Assembly: GCA_040289575.1 (NCBI GenBank)
Contig: PSLL01000007.1
Span: 76,918 to 117,598, forward strand
Direction: 5' to 3'
DNA length: 40,681 nt
Source: Candidatus Dadabacteria bacterium
GTDB taxonomy: Bacteria > Desulfobacterota_D > UBA1144 > Nemesobacterales > CSP1-2
This document shows positions 29,136 to 38,176 of the stretch, in pieces. The notes beneath the pieces are model-generated. The model worked only from the letters and a program-made list of their open reading frames with translations. It searched no databases and had not been told where the DNA came from. Numbering within the stretch: the first letter of the stretch is position 1; the number at the start of each line of letters is the position of its first letter. A program made the translations under genes and the position numbers.

Positions 29136-29281
29136 GCGGAGCTGAGTCTGCCGACTAATTAATCGTGTATGGGTCGACATACCTTTGCCATACCCGACGA
29201 GTTGGAGAGTAAGACGGGCTCTGACGCGGGCAGCTATCAGATTAAGGAGGTTCCCAAAGACCTCCCCTTCGGAAGGAGAAC

Positions 29282-30193
29282 ATGAGGTATTTAACCTTTG
29301 ATAAGGACTTATTAGAATCAAAGTATTTTATTCCGGCCTGTTATGTGCTCTTTTTCATATTGACATTTCTCGTATTCCTTTACCTCTCGTTTCCCTCGGA
29401 GAGTTTTAAACAGAGAATCATATATGAAGTTGAAGCGAGAACCCCATTTGATTTGAACATAAAGAGCTTGAATATATATCCGATATTTAGCTTTAAGTTT
29501 CAGGATGTTAAGCTCTCAAGAGCTAAATCGCTCTATCTAAGCATTGACGATCTCAGCGTAAGCCCTTCTCTATTCTATCTCATTTTAAAAAAGGTCTCTC
29601 TTCCTTTTAAAGCCCATCTCTATGGAGGCGAAGCAAAAGGAAGGCTCATCTATAGCTCCAAGACCGGGCAATTGATAAAGGCAAGTGGGACCATAAGTGG
29701 AATAAACCTAAAAGGTGTCCCCGCGGTCTCCATTGCCCTTAGGGATGCAAACTCCTCGATTCAGGGGATTGTGGAGGGGAATTTTTCTATTGAGTTTGAT
29801 CCTCAGCCCAAGGGGCAGGTTGTTCTTGATGCAAAGGACCTATCGGTTAAAAACATAAGACTCATAGAAGGCCTGACGCTTCCCGACTTTGGTCGGTTAG
29901 AGTCCAGTTTCAGAAGCCATATAGAGAATGGGATGACAAAGGTTGATGAGTGGAAACTCAAGGGAAACGGCATTGACCTGACGCTCTTTGGAACCATACC
30001 GCTTCTTTGGAAGATCTCTAATCAGGGGGCTATTGATCTTGATATGAGGCTTCGGACCAATAGAGGGAGCAGGGGAGTGCTTGGTTTTCTTAGTGCCTTC
30101 TTATTGCCTGAGAGCGATGGAAGCCTCAGGGGTAAGATCGTAGGGACATTCAGCAGCCCTAGGTTAGTGAAAGGGACTATAGGAGTTAGGTAA
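29282..30193 (+). CDS. gspN: Type II secretion GspN-like protein
   Basis: N-terminal TM ending LYLSFP, AHLYGG, LTLPDFG, C-terminal GTFSSP. Follows gspL-gspM. Confidence 0.72.
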   Translation: MRYLTFDKDLLESKYFIPACYVLFFILTFLVFLYLSFPSESFKQRIIYEVEARTPFDLNIKSLNIYPIFSFKFQDVKLSRAKSLYLSIDDLSVSPSLFYLILKKVSLPFKAHLYGGEAKGRLIYSSKTGQLIKASGTISGINLKGVPAVSIALRDANSSIQGIVEGNFSIEFDPQPKGQVVLDAKDLSVKNIRLIEGLTLPDFGRLESSFRSHIENGMTKVDEWKLKGNGIDLTLFGTIPLLWKISNQGAIDLDMRLRTNRGSRGVLGFLSAFLLPESDGSLRGKIVGTFSSPRLVKGTIGVR

Positions 30194-30205
30194 AGGTCTT
30201 GATAC

Positions 30206-31002
30206 TTACCAGCTAAACTGAAATGTAATAGTTCTGCTTAGGACAGTCGACCATGAGAGTTGGCCATCTCGAATAACGATCTTTGCTGGATTAACAACAT
30301 AGCTAAGCCCCCTCATAAACTGGCTATCACTCTTTTCTAACAGATTTGAAGTTTCTTCAAGGGCTATACCTAAAGGAACCCCCAGACCCGGCGTAACAAT
30401 TAAATCGGTGATTGATGGTGACTGCATCCAGCCCTCAACCGTGTACTCAAAAAGCACGCTAAGCTCAAAAGAAGCGAGGCTTGAAGCGGCTCTATCATAC
30501 CCCATTTGTCTATAGTAAAGATAAGTCCCTGCCCCAAAGATGGGATGCTGTACTAAATTGGCGTGAATAGCATCGCCATCCAAACCGGAAAAGCCCAAAA
30601 GGGCTTACTCGCAGGGGAACAGCGGTGATGCTCAAACTTAGCCTGGTTACAATTCTGCCATTCGGTTATATTATGTAACCATTTGGGGAGAGAAGAAGGC
30701 GTAAAAACTGCCCCAACATTTTTTGGGTCATAAATTCCTCTTGCCGACCACAACATTGTATATGTAAATAGGTTTTCCTTGATAAATTCATCGAGGTCTT
30801 CTCTTAGGGTTTTTTCCTCTTTTTTGTAATCTGGCTTAGAAGATTCCTTATTGAATCTTAAGTTTATAGGCTTCTTCGGTTGTATCAGAAGTGGGGCTGT
30901 ATCACCATAGATGTCGCGAATAACCCAGTCCTCGGCCTCTACTTGCGTAGATACACCGATAACTAAGGCTATAATAAGCACCCTTATAATCGTTAAGAAC
31001 AT
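30206..31002 (-). pseudogene. DUF3943-domain exported protein split by a 1-nt deletion
   Basis: Restoring one G at 30580-30581 joins the two ORFs as PVW-DGDAIHANLVQHPIFGAGTYLYYR..FEYTVEG..PSITDLIVTP..G. Confidence 0.75.
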
Positions 31003-31034
31003 TACAATCTCCCTAATGGCTGAACACACTTATT

Positions 31035-31061
31035 TAGAGACACGTCGTAGCGTGTCTCTAC
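31035..31061 (-). repeat. GTAG-type REP-like palindrome
   Basis: Minus strand GTAGAGACACGCTACGACGTGTCTCTA, perfect 10-bp stem. Confidence 0.7.
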
Positions 31062-31101
31062 TGGGGTGTTTACTTTTGGAATCCGCGGAATTGGTCATTT
31101 T

Positions 31102-31764
31102 TTATTTCACTATAACCTCAAATTTCTGGGAAGGGTCGGGCTGAACCTGCATAGGCATACCCAGTACGGTTAATGACAATACCCTCCCATTGATCGCTTT
31201 GGCTTCTATCCTGTATCCCGGACTTATATCTCTTAATTTATCCGCAGACGCTCTGAGCTCATATTCTGTCTGTGAGGAGTCTTCTTTTATTGTGATCGTT
31301 CCTTCATCAACTGAGATGACCTGACCTACCACCGTTCCCGAAAGGTTTGGAATAGCAGCAACGGCTGTCTCAGTAGGATTGCCAGGAGCAGACATCCCTT
31401 CTGTGCCCTCTATTTTCAGGTTTATAGTCCGGTCTCCCTGTTTAATAACCTTAAACCTCTGTGAAGGTGCAACCTGAGCATGGGTGGGCATGCCTAATAT
31501 AATTAATGATAAAACCCTTCCATTTGCGGTTTTAGCCTCTACTCTATATCCCGGACTTATATCTTTTAGCTTATTTGGAGAAGCCCTGAATTGGTATTCC
31601 TCTTGAGTGGAGTCCTCTTTTATACCAATGGTTCCTTCATCAATAGAAGTAACTTCGCCTATTACAGTTTCCGCAGATTCCTGCGCAATTGCATTTGGTC
31701 TTATACCAAAGAGCAAAACGGCGGCGAAAGCAAACGCAATCGTGAATATAGAAATCCATTTCAT
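31102..31764 (-). CDS. Exported protein with two tandem OB-fold-like repeats
   Basis: Signal peptide ending AIA/QE and GAGGT RBS. Two ~78-aa copies of G.V.S.DEGTI.IKEDS..EY..RAS..KL.DISPGYR.EAK..NGRVLSL..LGMP. Confidence 0.8.
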   Translation of the reverse strand: MKWISIFTIAFAFAAVLLFGIRPNAIAQESAETVIGEVTSIDEGTIGIKEDSTQEEYQFRASPNKLKDISPGYRVEAKTANGRVLSLIILGMPTHAQVAPSQRFKVIKQGDRTINLKIEGTEGMSAPGNPTETAVAAIPNLSGTVVGQVISVDEGTITIKEDSSQTEYELRASADKLRDISPGYRIEAKAINGRVLSLTVLGMPMQVQPDPSQKFEVIVK

Positions 31765-31966
31765 CCTATCTTACCTCCTCTCTTAGTTTTGTCATATTTA
31801 TATATTATACATCCAGTGATAACAGGCGTCGCTTCTAATTTAATTGGTCGGAGGCGTCCATAAGCTACATACAAAAGTGACAGATGTGGGCTTTTAGTAC
31901 AATAAGAAGATTCTCTTTGGAGCTTTTTCTCCCTTTGTGCTATCCTAACCCGAGGAGGAATTAAAG

Positions 31967-32494
31967 ATGAGAAGTGATGTATTATTTAAAGTATTGTTTG
32001 TTCTTTTGGTTATTTCATTTTCTCTTTCCGGCGAATCTGAAGAGAAGCAAAATAAACCCCTGCCCGAAGAAGAGGAGATGGTAATTAAGGGTGTGGGATT
32101 TGATCAGGACGCCCAAAGCCCTGTTGTAATTCTTTCGGATAAAAAGCAGGAAAAGGTGCTTCCAATCTGGATAGGTCTCTGTGAAGCAAGGGCAATTAAT
32201 CTTGGACTTTCCGGAGACATAACCCCCCGTCCATTTACTTATGACCTGGTTGCGGCGATTATAAGGACGGTGAAGGCAAAGGTAGAGAGGGTAGTGATAG
32301 TTGACCTTCGCGATCAGGTTTTCTATGCCCAGGTAGAGATTTCAGTAAACGGAGCGGTCTCAAAAATCGATGCGCGTCCAAGCGATGCCCTTGCCCTTGC
32401 ATCTCGTATGGGTGCTCCGATATTCGTAAAAAAATCCGTCATCGAAAAGGCTCCCCCTGTAGGCGGCGAGGAGGAGAAGAAAAAGGGAACGTAG
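31967..32494 (+). CDS. Bifunctional nuclease (DUF151/BFN) family protein with N-terminal hydrophobic segment
   Basis: LPIWIG..EA.AI, PRPFTYDL, FYAQV, IDARPSDALALA. GAGGAGG RBS. Confidence 0.9.
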   Translation: MRSDVLFKVLFVLLVISFSLSGESEEKQNKPLPEEEEMVIKGVGFDQDAQSPVVILSDKKQEKVLPIWIGLCEARAINLGLSGDITPRPFTYDLVAAIIRTVKAKVERVVIVDLRDQVFYAQVEISVNGAVSKIDARPSDALALASRMGAPIFVKKSVIEKAPPVGGEEEKKKGT

Positions 32495-32596
32495 TGGATT
32501 AGAGCATAATTTAGCCACGAATAAAATAATTTAAAAAAATGGGTTCGTGAACATTCGTGTGGATTGGCGGCTGATTAAATACTATTCCAAAAGCAA

Positions 32597-32625
32597 TTGA
32601 CATACATTTCTCGTATAGCTATTAT
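32597..32625 (+). promoter_or_regulatory. pheA promoter
   Basis: TTGACA-N17-TATTAT. Confidence 0.65.
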
Positions 32626-32656
32626 TCTCTCCAAATTTCATCCCTCGGCAGGATAA

Positions 32657-33739
32657 ATGGGTTCTTCGGAAGATTTAGAAAATCGGAGAAAAAGAATTGA
32701 CGAGATTGATAGAAAGATACTCGAACTCTTAAATGAGCGCGGAAGGATTGCGATTGAAATCAGTAAGCTAAAGCGGGAGAACTCTTTTAATATCTACGAC
32801 CCCGCAAGGGAGCGGGAGATTGAAAGAAATATCAAAAGGACAAATCCCGGCCCGCTCCCTACGGATTCGGTTCTTTCCATTTTTCGGGAAATAATCTCAG
32901 GGTGCCGCTCTCTTCAAAAACAAATTAGGGTAGCGTATCTAGGACCGGATGGCACATTCTCTCATCAGGTGGCGTTTCGCGAGTTCGGGAGCTCGGCTGA
33001 GCTTGTGCCTGTAAAGGGCGTTGATGATGTGTTCGAAGAGGTTAAAAAGGGCAGGGCTTCTTTCGGCGTTGTGCCTGTTGAAAACTCCGTAGAAGGCTCT
33101 GTAGGCAGTGTGCTCGATGCATTCTTAAAATCAGACCTCCGGGTTTCTTCTGAACTCTTTCAAAGGGTTAGCCTCTTTCTTCTCTCAAAAACCGGGGACA
33201 TAGAGGATATTGAGATTGTTGCTTCTCATCCTCAGCCCCTTGGACAATCTAAGAAATGGCTAAGTGAGCACCTAAAACACGTAGAGATTCGTGAAACGCC
33301 CAGCACGGCGAAGGCTGCTTCCCTTGCCTCCCGCGATAAAAGGATTGCCGCGGTAGCAGGGGAGCTTGCGGCTTCGATATACGGGTTAAAGGTTGTAGAA
33401 AGGCATATAGAGGACAGTCCTGAGAACACGACGAGGTTCTGGGTAATCGGACGGGAGCATTGCCGTCCTACCGGATTAGACAAAACCTCCGTTGTTTTTT
33501 CACTCAAACACGAGCCGGGTGCGCTTCAGAAAGCCCTTTTGCCCTTTGCTGAGTCCAATATAAACCTCACAAAAATCGAATCGAGGCCTTCTAAGGAAAG
33601 ACCCTGGGAATATGCATTCTTTGTGGATTTTGAGGGGCACACAGATGATGAAAAGGTAAAAGATGTCCTCTCCAAGGTCAAAGAAAATTGCGTTTTCCTC
33701 AAAATTCTGGGCTCTTATCCGGTGGGAATCAGTGATTAA
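32657..33739 (+). CDS. pheA: Chorismate mutase / prephenate dehydratase
   Basis: RKRIDEID..LLNER, AYLGPDGTFS, VPVENSVEG, SHPQ, NTTRF, NLTKIESRP, LGSYP. Confidence 0.97.
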   Translation: MGSSEDLENRRKRIDEIDRKILELLNERGRIAIEISKLKRENSFNIYDPAREREIERNIKRTNPGPLPTDSVLSIFREIISGCRSLQKQIRVAYLGPDGTFSHQVAFREFGSSAELVPVKGVDDVFEEVKKGRASFGVVPVENSVEGSVGSVLDAFLKSDLRVSSELFQRVSLFLLSKTGDIEDIEIVASHPQPLGQSKKWLSEHLKHVEIRETPSTAKAASLASRDKRIAAVAGELAASIYGLKVVERHIEDSPENTTRFWVIGREHCRPTGLDKTSVVFSLKHEPGALQKALLPFAESNINLTKIESRPSKERPWEYAFFVDFEGHTDDEKVKDVLSKVKENCVFLKILGSYPVGISD

Positions 33740-33771
33740 GCGGTATTCCGACTACATATTAAGGGGTTAAG

Positions 33772-34629
33772 GTGATTATAAAAACCTGGACTGTTATAGC
33801 CCTTCTGTCTAGTTTCCTTATGCTACCATCGAGCACAGCACAGTCTGAGGAGCTGATTTTTAGGAATCATGGCAAAGTGGTAAAAACCCTATCCTTGGAA
33901 CAGATTGAAAGGCTAATTCCATCTAAAACGATTATGGTTTTTGAACCGCATGAATCGGAAAATCGAGAGTATGTGGGATTCACCCTCAACGCTCTTTTCA
34001 CAGAGGTGTATGGGGGGAAATGGAAAGGGACTGAAGAGATACTATTTACCTGTATAGACGGCTATCAGCCATCTATACCATCAGCTAAGTTTAAAGAATA
34101 TCTCGCTTATTTGGTCTATGGACGTGCCGACAAAAAAGAATTTACTCTTGTTAATAGGCTCCAGAATAATGAACTCGTGCAACTTGGCCCTTTTTATTTA
34201 GTTTGGGATAATCTTAGGCATCCTGAACTTAGGGCTGAGGGTGGGGAGGACTGGCCCTATCAGGTTACCACAATAGATCTTATCAACTTCTCTGACCGTT
34301 TTCCTGCTATGTCTCCGCCAAAGAACAGCTCGGCAGCGGTAAAGAGCGGCTTTTTGGCGTTTCGCAAACACTGCATGACCTGCCACACAATTAATGGGGA
34401 GGGCGGCGGAAAATCCGTGGAGCTAAACTACCCCGTCAGTGTCACCGAGTACATTAAAGAGCCTTGGCTTATGAGATGGATAGATAAACCGACGAGCATA
34501 AGATACAATACGACCATGCCCGCTTTAAATCCGGATTTGAAAGGCCGAGAGACGACTATAAGAGATATCATCACTTATCTTAAGGCGATGAAAGACAATA
34601 AACGGAAGCCATTGCCGGGGAAAGATTAA
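33772..34629 (+). CDS. Periplasmic monoheme cytochrome c fused to an N-terminal molybdopterin-oxidoreductase-like fold
   Basis: Signal peptide, DGY..GPFYLVW..WPYQV region, CMTCH and distal TTMP. Confidence 0.8.
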   Translation: MIIKTWTVIALLSSFLMLPSSTAQSEELIFRNHGKVVKTLSLEQIERLIPSKTIMVFEPHESENREYVGFTLNALFTEVYGGKWKGTEEILFTCIDGYQPSIPSAKFKEYLAYLVYGRADKKEFTLVNRLQNNELVQLGPFYLVWDNLRHPELRAEGGEDWPYQVTTIDLINFSDRFPAMSPPKNSSAAVKSGFLAFRKHCMTCHTINGEGGGKSVELNYPVSVTEYIKEPWLMRWIDKPTSIRYNTTMPALNPDLKGRETTIRDIITYLKAMKDNKRKPLPGKD

Positions 34630-34685
34630 AATCGGATTAGGTCTCGGATATGAAAATAATCGGAGACTTAAGACTTGATTCATTC

Positions 34686-34722
34686 TTGACATCTTTCCAT
34701 ACACTATGTATGGTTTTCCATA
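34686..34722 (+). promoter_or_regulatory. vapBC promoter with overlapping operator palindromes
   Basis: TTGACA-N17-TATGGT. CCATACA-cta-TGTATGG (34697-34713) and TATGG-tttt-CCATA (34709-34722). Confidence 0.75.
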
Positions 34723-34953
34723 ATGAAGACAACACTTGTTATACATGGCGACGTCGTAAAGCGCCTCCGCAAGGAAGCGGCTAGGCGCGATACAACTATT
34801 TCAGAACTGGTAGAAGCCGCACTCCGATTAATGCTGGAGCCGCCTCATGGTGCTCAGTCTGAGATTCCGCCCCTGCCTGTATTTGATTTGGGAGGCGCTT
34901 ACATAGATATTGCCGATCGGGATGCCCTTTACCGGGCAAGGGAAGGGCACTGA
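34723..34953 (+). CDS. vapB: VapB-type ribbon-helix-helix antitoxin
   Basis: MKTTLVI...V..RLRKEAARR.TTISELVEAALR. TGATG overlap with the PIN gene. Confidence 0.88.
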   Translation: MKTTLVIHGDVVKRLRKEAARRDTTISELVEAALRLMLEPPHGAQSEIPPLPVFDLGGAYIDIADRDALYRAREGH

Positions 34954-35390
34954 TGTTTGTTGTTGATACAAATATCCTTATTTATACCGCAGATAGCCGA
35001 TGTCAGGAACACGAACGCTGTCGGGCTTTATTAGAGAAATGGAGAAGGGACTTACTCCCATGGTATACAACCTGGGGGATTCTATATGAATTCCTCCGCA
35101 TCAGTACGCATACGCGCGTGTTTCAGCGTCCCCTTTTGGTTGATCAAGCCTGGTTCTTTATCTCTACGCTCCTGGTCTCGCCAAGCCTGCGCGTGCTCTC
35201 AGAGGGGGAGCGTCATGCTGAGATAGCCGCAAGGACATTTCAAGAAATTCAGGGTTTGCACGGCAACCTCATTCACGACGCCCATACCGCCATATTGATG
35301 CGAGAGCACGGAATCAGGCAAATATACACACGGGATACGGATTTTCATCGTTTCCCTTTCCTGGAGGTTATCGATCCTCTAAACCTATAG
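34953..35390 (+). CDS. vapC: VapC PIN-domain toxin
   Basis: VDTNILIY, EFLR..TH, GNLIHDAH.A, TRDTDF.RF. Confidence 0.93.
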   Translation: MFVVDTNILIYTADSRCQEHERCRALLEKWRRDLLPWYTTWGILYEFLRISTHTRVFQRPLLVDQAWFFISTLLVSPSLRVLSEGERHAEIAARTFQEIQGLHGNLIHDAHTAILMREHGIRQIYTRDTDFHRFPFLEVIDPLNL

Positions 35391-35431
35391 GATACAGGAG
35401 CGATTTGTTTAACAATTTTCTGGAGGATTCA

Positions 35432-36520
35432 TTGATACAGCCAAATGAATATGTAAAGAACCTGATTCCCTATGTTCCCGGAAAGCCCATCGAAGAGCTT
35501 GAGCGCGAACTCGGTATTCGGGATGCAATAAAGATTGCATCAAATGAGAACCCGATTGGTCCCTCTCCACTTGCCCTTCGCGCTGTATGCGAATACTTAG
35601 CTAAACTGAACCGTTATCCCGATGGGGATGCATTTTATCTAAAGAATAAACTCGCTAAGAGGCTCGGCGTAAAACCTGAGAATCTGATTTTTGGAAACGG
35701 TTCAAACGAGGTAATAGAGATTGTCGCGAGGACATTTATGAAGCCCGGAGATGAGGCGGTAATAGGTGAGTTTGCTTTCATAGTTTTTCCAATTGTCACA
35801 CAGGCCGTCGGCGCAAGGGCGATAATATCCCCTATGCCTCAACTTACTCATGACCTAAGTGATATGTTTAAACGTATAACGCCCAAGACTAAAGCCGTAT
35901 TCATTGCAAATCCGAATAACCCCACTGGGACTATGGTGAAAAGGGACGAGTTTGAATGGTTTCTTGAAAGGGTTCCCGAAGACATAATCGTCGTTATAGA
36001 TGAGGCATACTTTGACTATGTTGATGACCCTGAATATCCGAATTCTCTCAATTATCAGGATCTCGGAAAGTCAATAATTACGGTTAGAACGTTCTCAAAG
36101 ATTTACGGTCTTGCAGGGCTAAGGCTTGGATTCGGCGTATCTTCGGGAGAAATCATCTCATACATGAACCGCGTAAGGGAGTCTTTTAATGTAAATTCGC
36201 TTGCCCAGATAGCCGCCGTCGCCGCGCTCGACGATTCGGAGCATGTAAGGAGGTCTAAGGAAATAAATAAAGAAGGGCTTGTATACCTAACAAAAGAACT
36301 CAAGAAACTCGGTCTCCCATTTGCCCCTTCTTTTGGGAACTTTATCCTTGTGGATTTGTGTGATAACCCTATCCCTATATATGAAGCCCTTCTGAGGGAA
36401 GGGGTGATAGTAAGACCCGTCATTAACTACGGGCTTAAAACCCATATACGCGTGACAGTCGGACTGCGTGATGAGAATGAGAGGTTCATCAGGGCTATAA
36501 AAAAGGTTTTGGGGAGATAA
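35432..36520 (+). CDS. hisC: Histidinol-phosphate aminotransferase
   Basis: YVPGKP, KIASNENP, GNGSNE, ANPNNPTG, DEAY, RTFSKIYGLAGLRLG. TTG start at 35432 behind GGAGG. Confidence 0.96.
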   Translation: MIQPNEYVKNLIPYVPGKPIEELERELGIRDAIKIASNENPIGPSPLALRAVCEYLAKLNRYPDGDAFYLKNKLAKRLGVKPENLIFGNGSNEVIEIVARTFMKPGDEAVIGEFAFIVFPIVTQAVGARAIISPMPQLTHDLSDMFKRITPKTKAVFIANPNNPTGTMVKRDEFEWFLERVPEDIIVVIDEAYFDYVDDPEYPNSLNYQDLGKSIITVRTFSKIYGLAGLRLGFGVSSGEIISYMNRVRESFNVNSLAQIAAVAALDDSEHVRRSKEINKEGLVYLTKELKKLGLPFAPSFGNFILVDLCDNPIPIYEALLREGVIVRPVINYGLKTHIRVTVGLRDENERFIRAIKKVLGR

Positions 36521-36561
36521 AATTTTGAATTCACTTCTCAGTCCTGTAAACTATCCTCGGT

Positions 36562-37207
36562 ATGCCGGTCAGGATACTTATCGGAGAAAAAGAGATTAGT
36601 CCTCCTTTTTCAATTCATAAACCCTTTGTTTCAGAAGAAGAGTACCTTGAGATTGCAGATGAGGATACTCGATGTGAACTCATCTTCGGAGAGCTTATTA
36701 TGAATTCACCTGCCTCTACAATACATAAGGAAATACTTGGTTTTCTTATCTCTCTCATCAGATCTTACGTGAAAGAGAGAGACATTGGGACTGTGCTCGG
36801 TGCAAACACCACAGTCCATTTTAGAAGGGACTTGATTCTCGTGCCCGATTTAGTTTTTATGGCGAAGGAAAGAGAAGGGATTATAAAAGATACCTATTGA
36901 AGACTCTCCAGACCTGGTGATGGAGATAATATCCGAAACGACTAGGGATAACGATCTGGGACGAAAACTCAAGATTTATAGAGAGCACTTGACCAAGGAA
37001 ATCTGGATTATTGACCCGGGGGAGAAAACTGTCCAAATTCCCAAACTTCTCAAAGAGGGCTATAAGATCCAAAAGGCAAGCAATGGGACTCTCAAATCCA
37101 GCATTATACCCGGGTTCTTCATCCATCCAGAGTGGCTATTTATATCACCACGTCCCAAAGTACGCGAGTGCTTTGAAGAAATCTTAGCATCCAATGAGCT
37201 TCTCTAA
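36562..37207 (+). pseudogene. Uma2-family (PD-(D/E)xK) endonuclease, frameshifted
   Basis: ELIFGEL..SPA...H, VPDLVF in frame 1 and IEDSPDLVMEIISETT..D...K..Y..EIWIIDP in frame 2. Apparent 2-nt loss at 36895-36898. Confidence 0.85.
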
Positions 37208-38051
37208 GATAACCATAATAGGCCTCGGGCTTATAGGCGGGTCACTTGCCTGGGGTTTAAAGAAATCAGGTCATGTAGGGGAGGTATTCGGGGTTGATAC
37301 AGACGAGAAAGCCATAGATTATGCTATTGGGGAAGGGATAATTGACGGTGGCTCCAAGGAGATTAAAAAAGGAGTTGATCACTCGCAGGTAGTTATAATT
37401 GCCGCTCATGTTGGGCTTATACCAAGACTCGTAAAATCTGTCTTCTCTATTGCCTCTGCTGGAACCGTAATCACCGATGTTGGGAGTGTAAAAGGAAGAA
37501 TAGTCGAAGAGGTTGAACGCTCCCTTCCTTCTCATCTCTACTTTGTCGGCGGTCATCCGATAGCGGGAACCGAGCGCTCAGGCGTCTGGGCGGCAGATTT
37601 AAAACTCTTTTACGGGAAGAGGTGTATTCTGACCCCTACATCAAAAACCAATCCCAAGGCATTGGAGAGCGTTAAGAATATCTGGGAGTCCGTGGGCGCC
37701 CATGTCTTCACAATGGATGTCGAGACCCATGACCGTGTGTTTGGGTTTGTAAGCCATCTCCCTCACATTGTCGCTTATGCCCTAATAAACGCCGTGGCCT
37801 CCATAAAGGAACCGGACAATATACTCGACTTTGCTGGCGGGGGACTCAGGGATTATACGAGGATAGGCGTAAGCTCTCCTGATATGTGGAGCGATATATT
37901 TCTTGGAAATAGGGAAAATACGCTGGAGGCTGTTCGGGAGTTTAAAAGGGTTTTGGAAAGGATAGAAGACTTGATAAAAGCCGAAAATGCAGATGGGTTG
38001 AAAGAGGAGCTTAGGAAGGCTGTCGAGGTTAAAAACAGGATGGGTAAATAG
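37194..38051 (+). CDS. tyrA: Prephenate/arogenate dehydrogenase
   Basis: IIGLGLIGGS, TDVGSVK, GGHPIAGTERSG, HD...VSHLPH, GGGLRDYTRI, MWSDIF. Confidence 0.95.
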   Translation: MSFSKITIIGLGLIGGSLAWGLKKSGHVGEVFGVDTDEKAIDYAIGEGIIDGGSKEIKKGVDHSQVVIIAAHVGLIPRLVKSVFSIASAGTVITDVGSVKGRIVEEVERSLPSHLYFVGGHPIAGTERSGVWAADLKLFYGKRCILTPTSKTNPKALESVKNIWESVGAHVFTMDVETHDRVFGFVSHLPHIVAYALINAVASIKEPDNILDFAGGGLRDYTRIGVSSPDMWSDIFLGNRENTLEAVREFKRVLERIEDLIKAENADGLKEELRKAVEVKNRMGK

Positions 38052-38176
38052 CCTATTAAGAAGAACCTTCCCGAATTTTCTTGACTCAATATTTCATTTA
38101 TTATAATATGAGTTATATCCATTCTATTGAGCAACTGTCAAATTAGCATTAATCCCCTGAGAAAAGGGAGACAACC

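Noticed and set aside
20000..30000. parS sites near the origin
   Set aside because: No TGTTnCACGTGAAACA-like palindrome found by eye. The CACGTG at about 26828 lacks the flanks.
32510..32575. GCCACGAA...TTCGTG..TTCGTG inverted motif before the pheA promoter
   Set aside because: Possibly another repeat scar or terminator, but too degenerate to call from this window alone.
36898..36900. Selenocysteine or stop read-through at the Uma2 TGA
   Set aside because: The conserved continuation is in a different frame, so read-through would not restore the protein.
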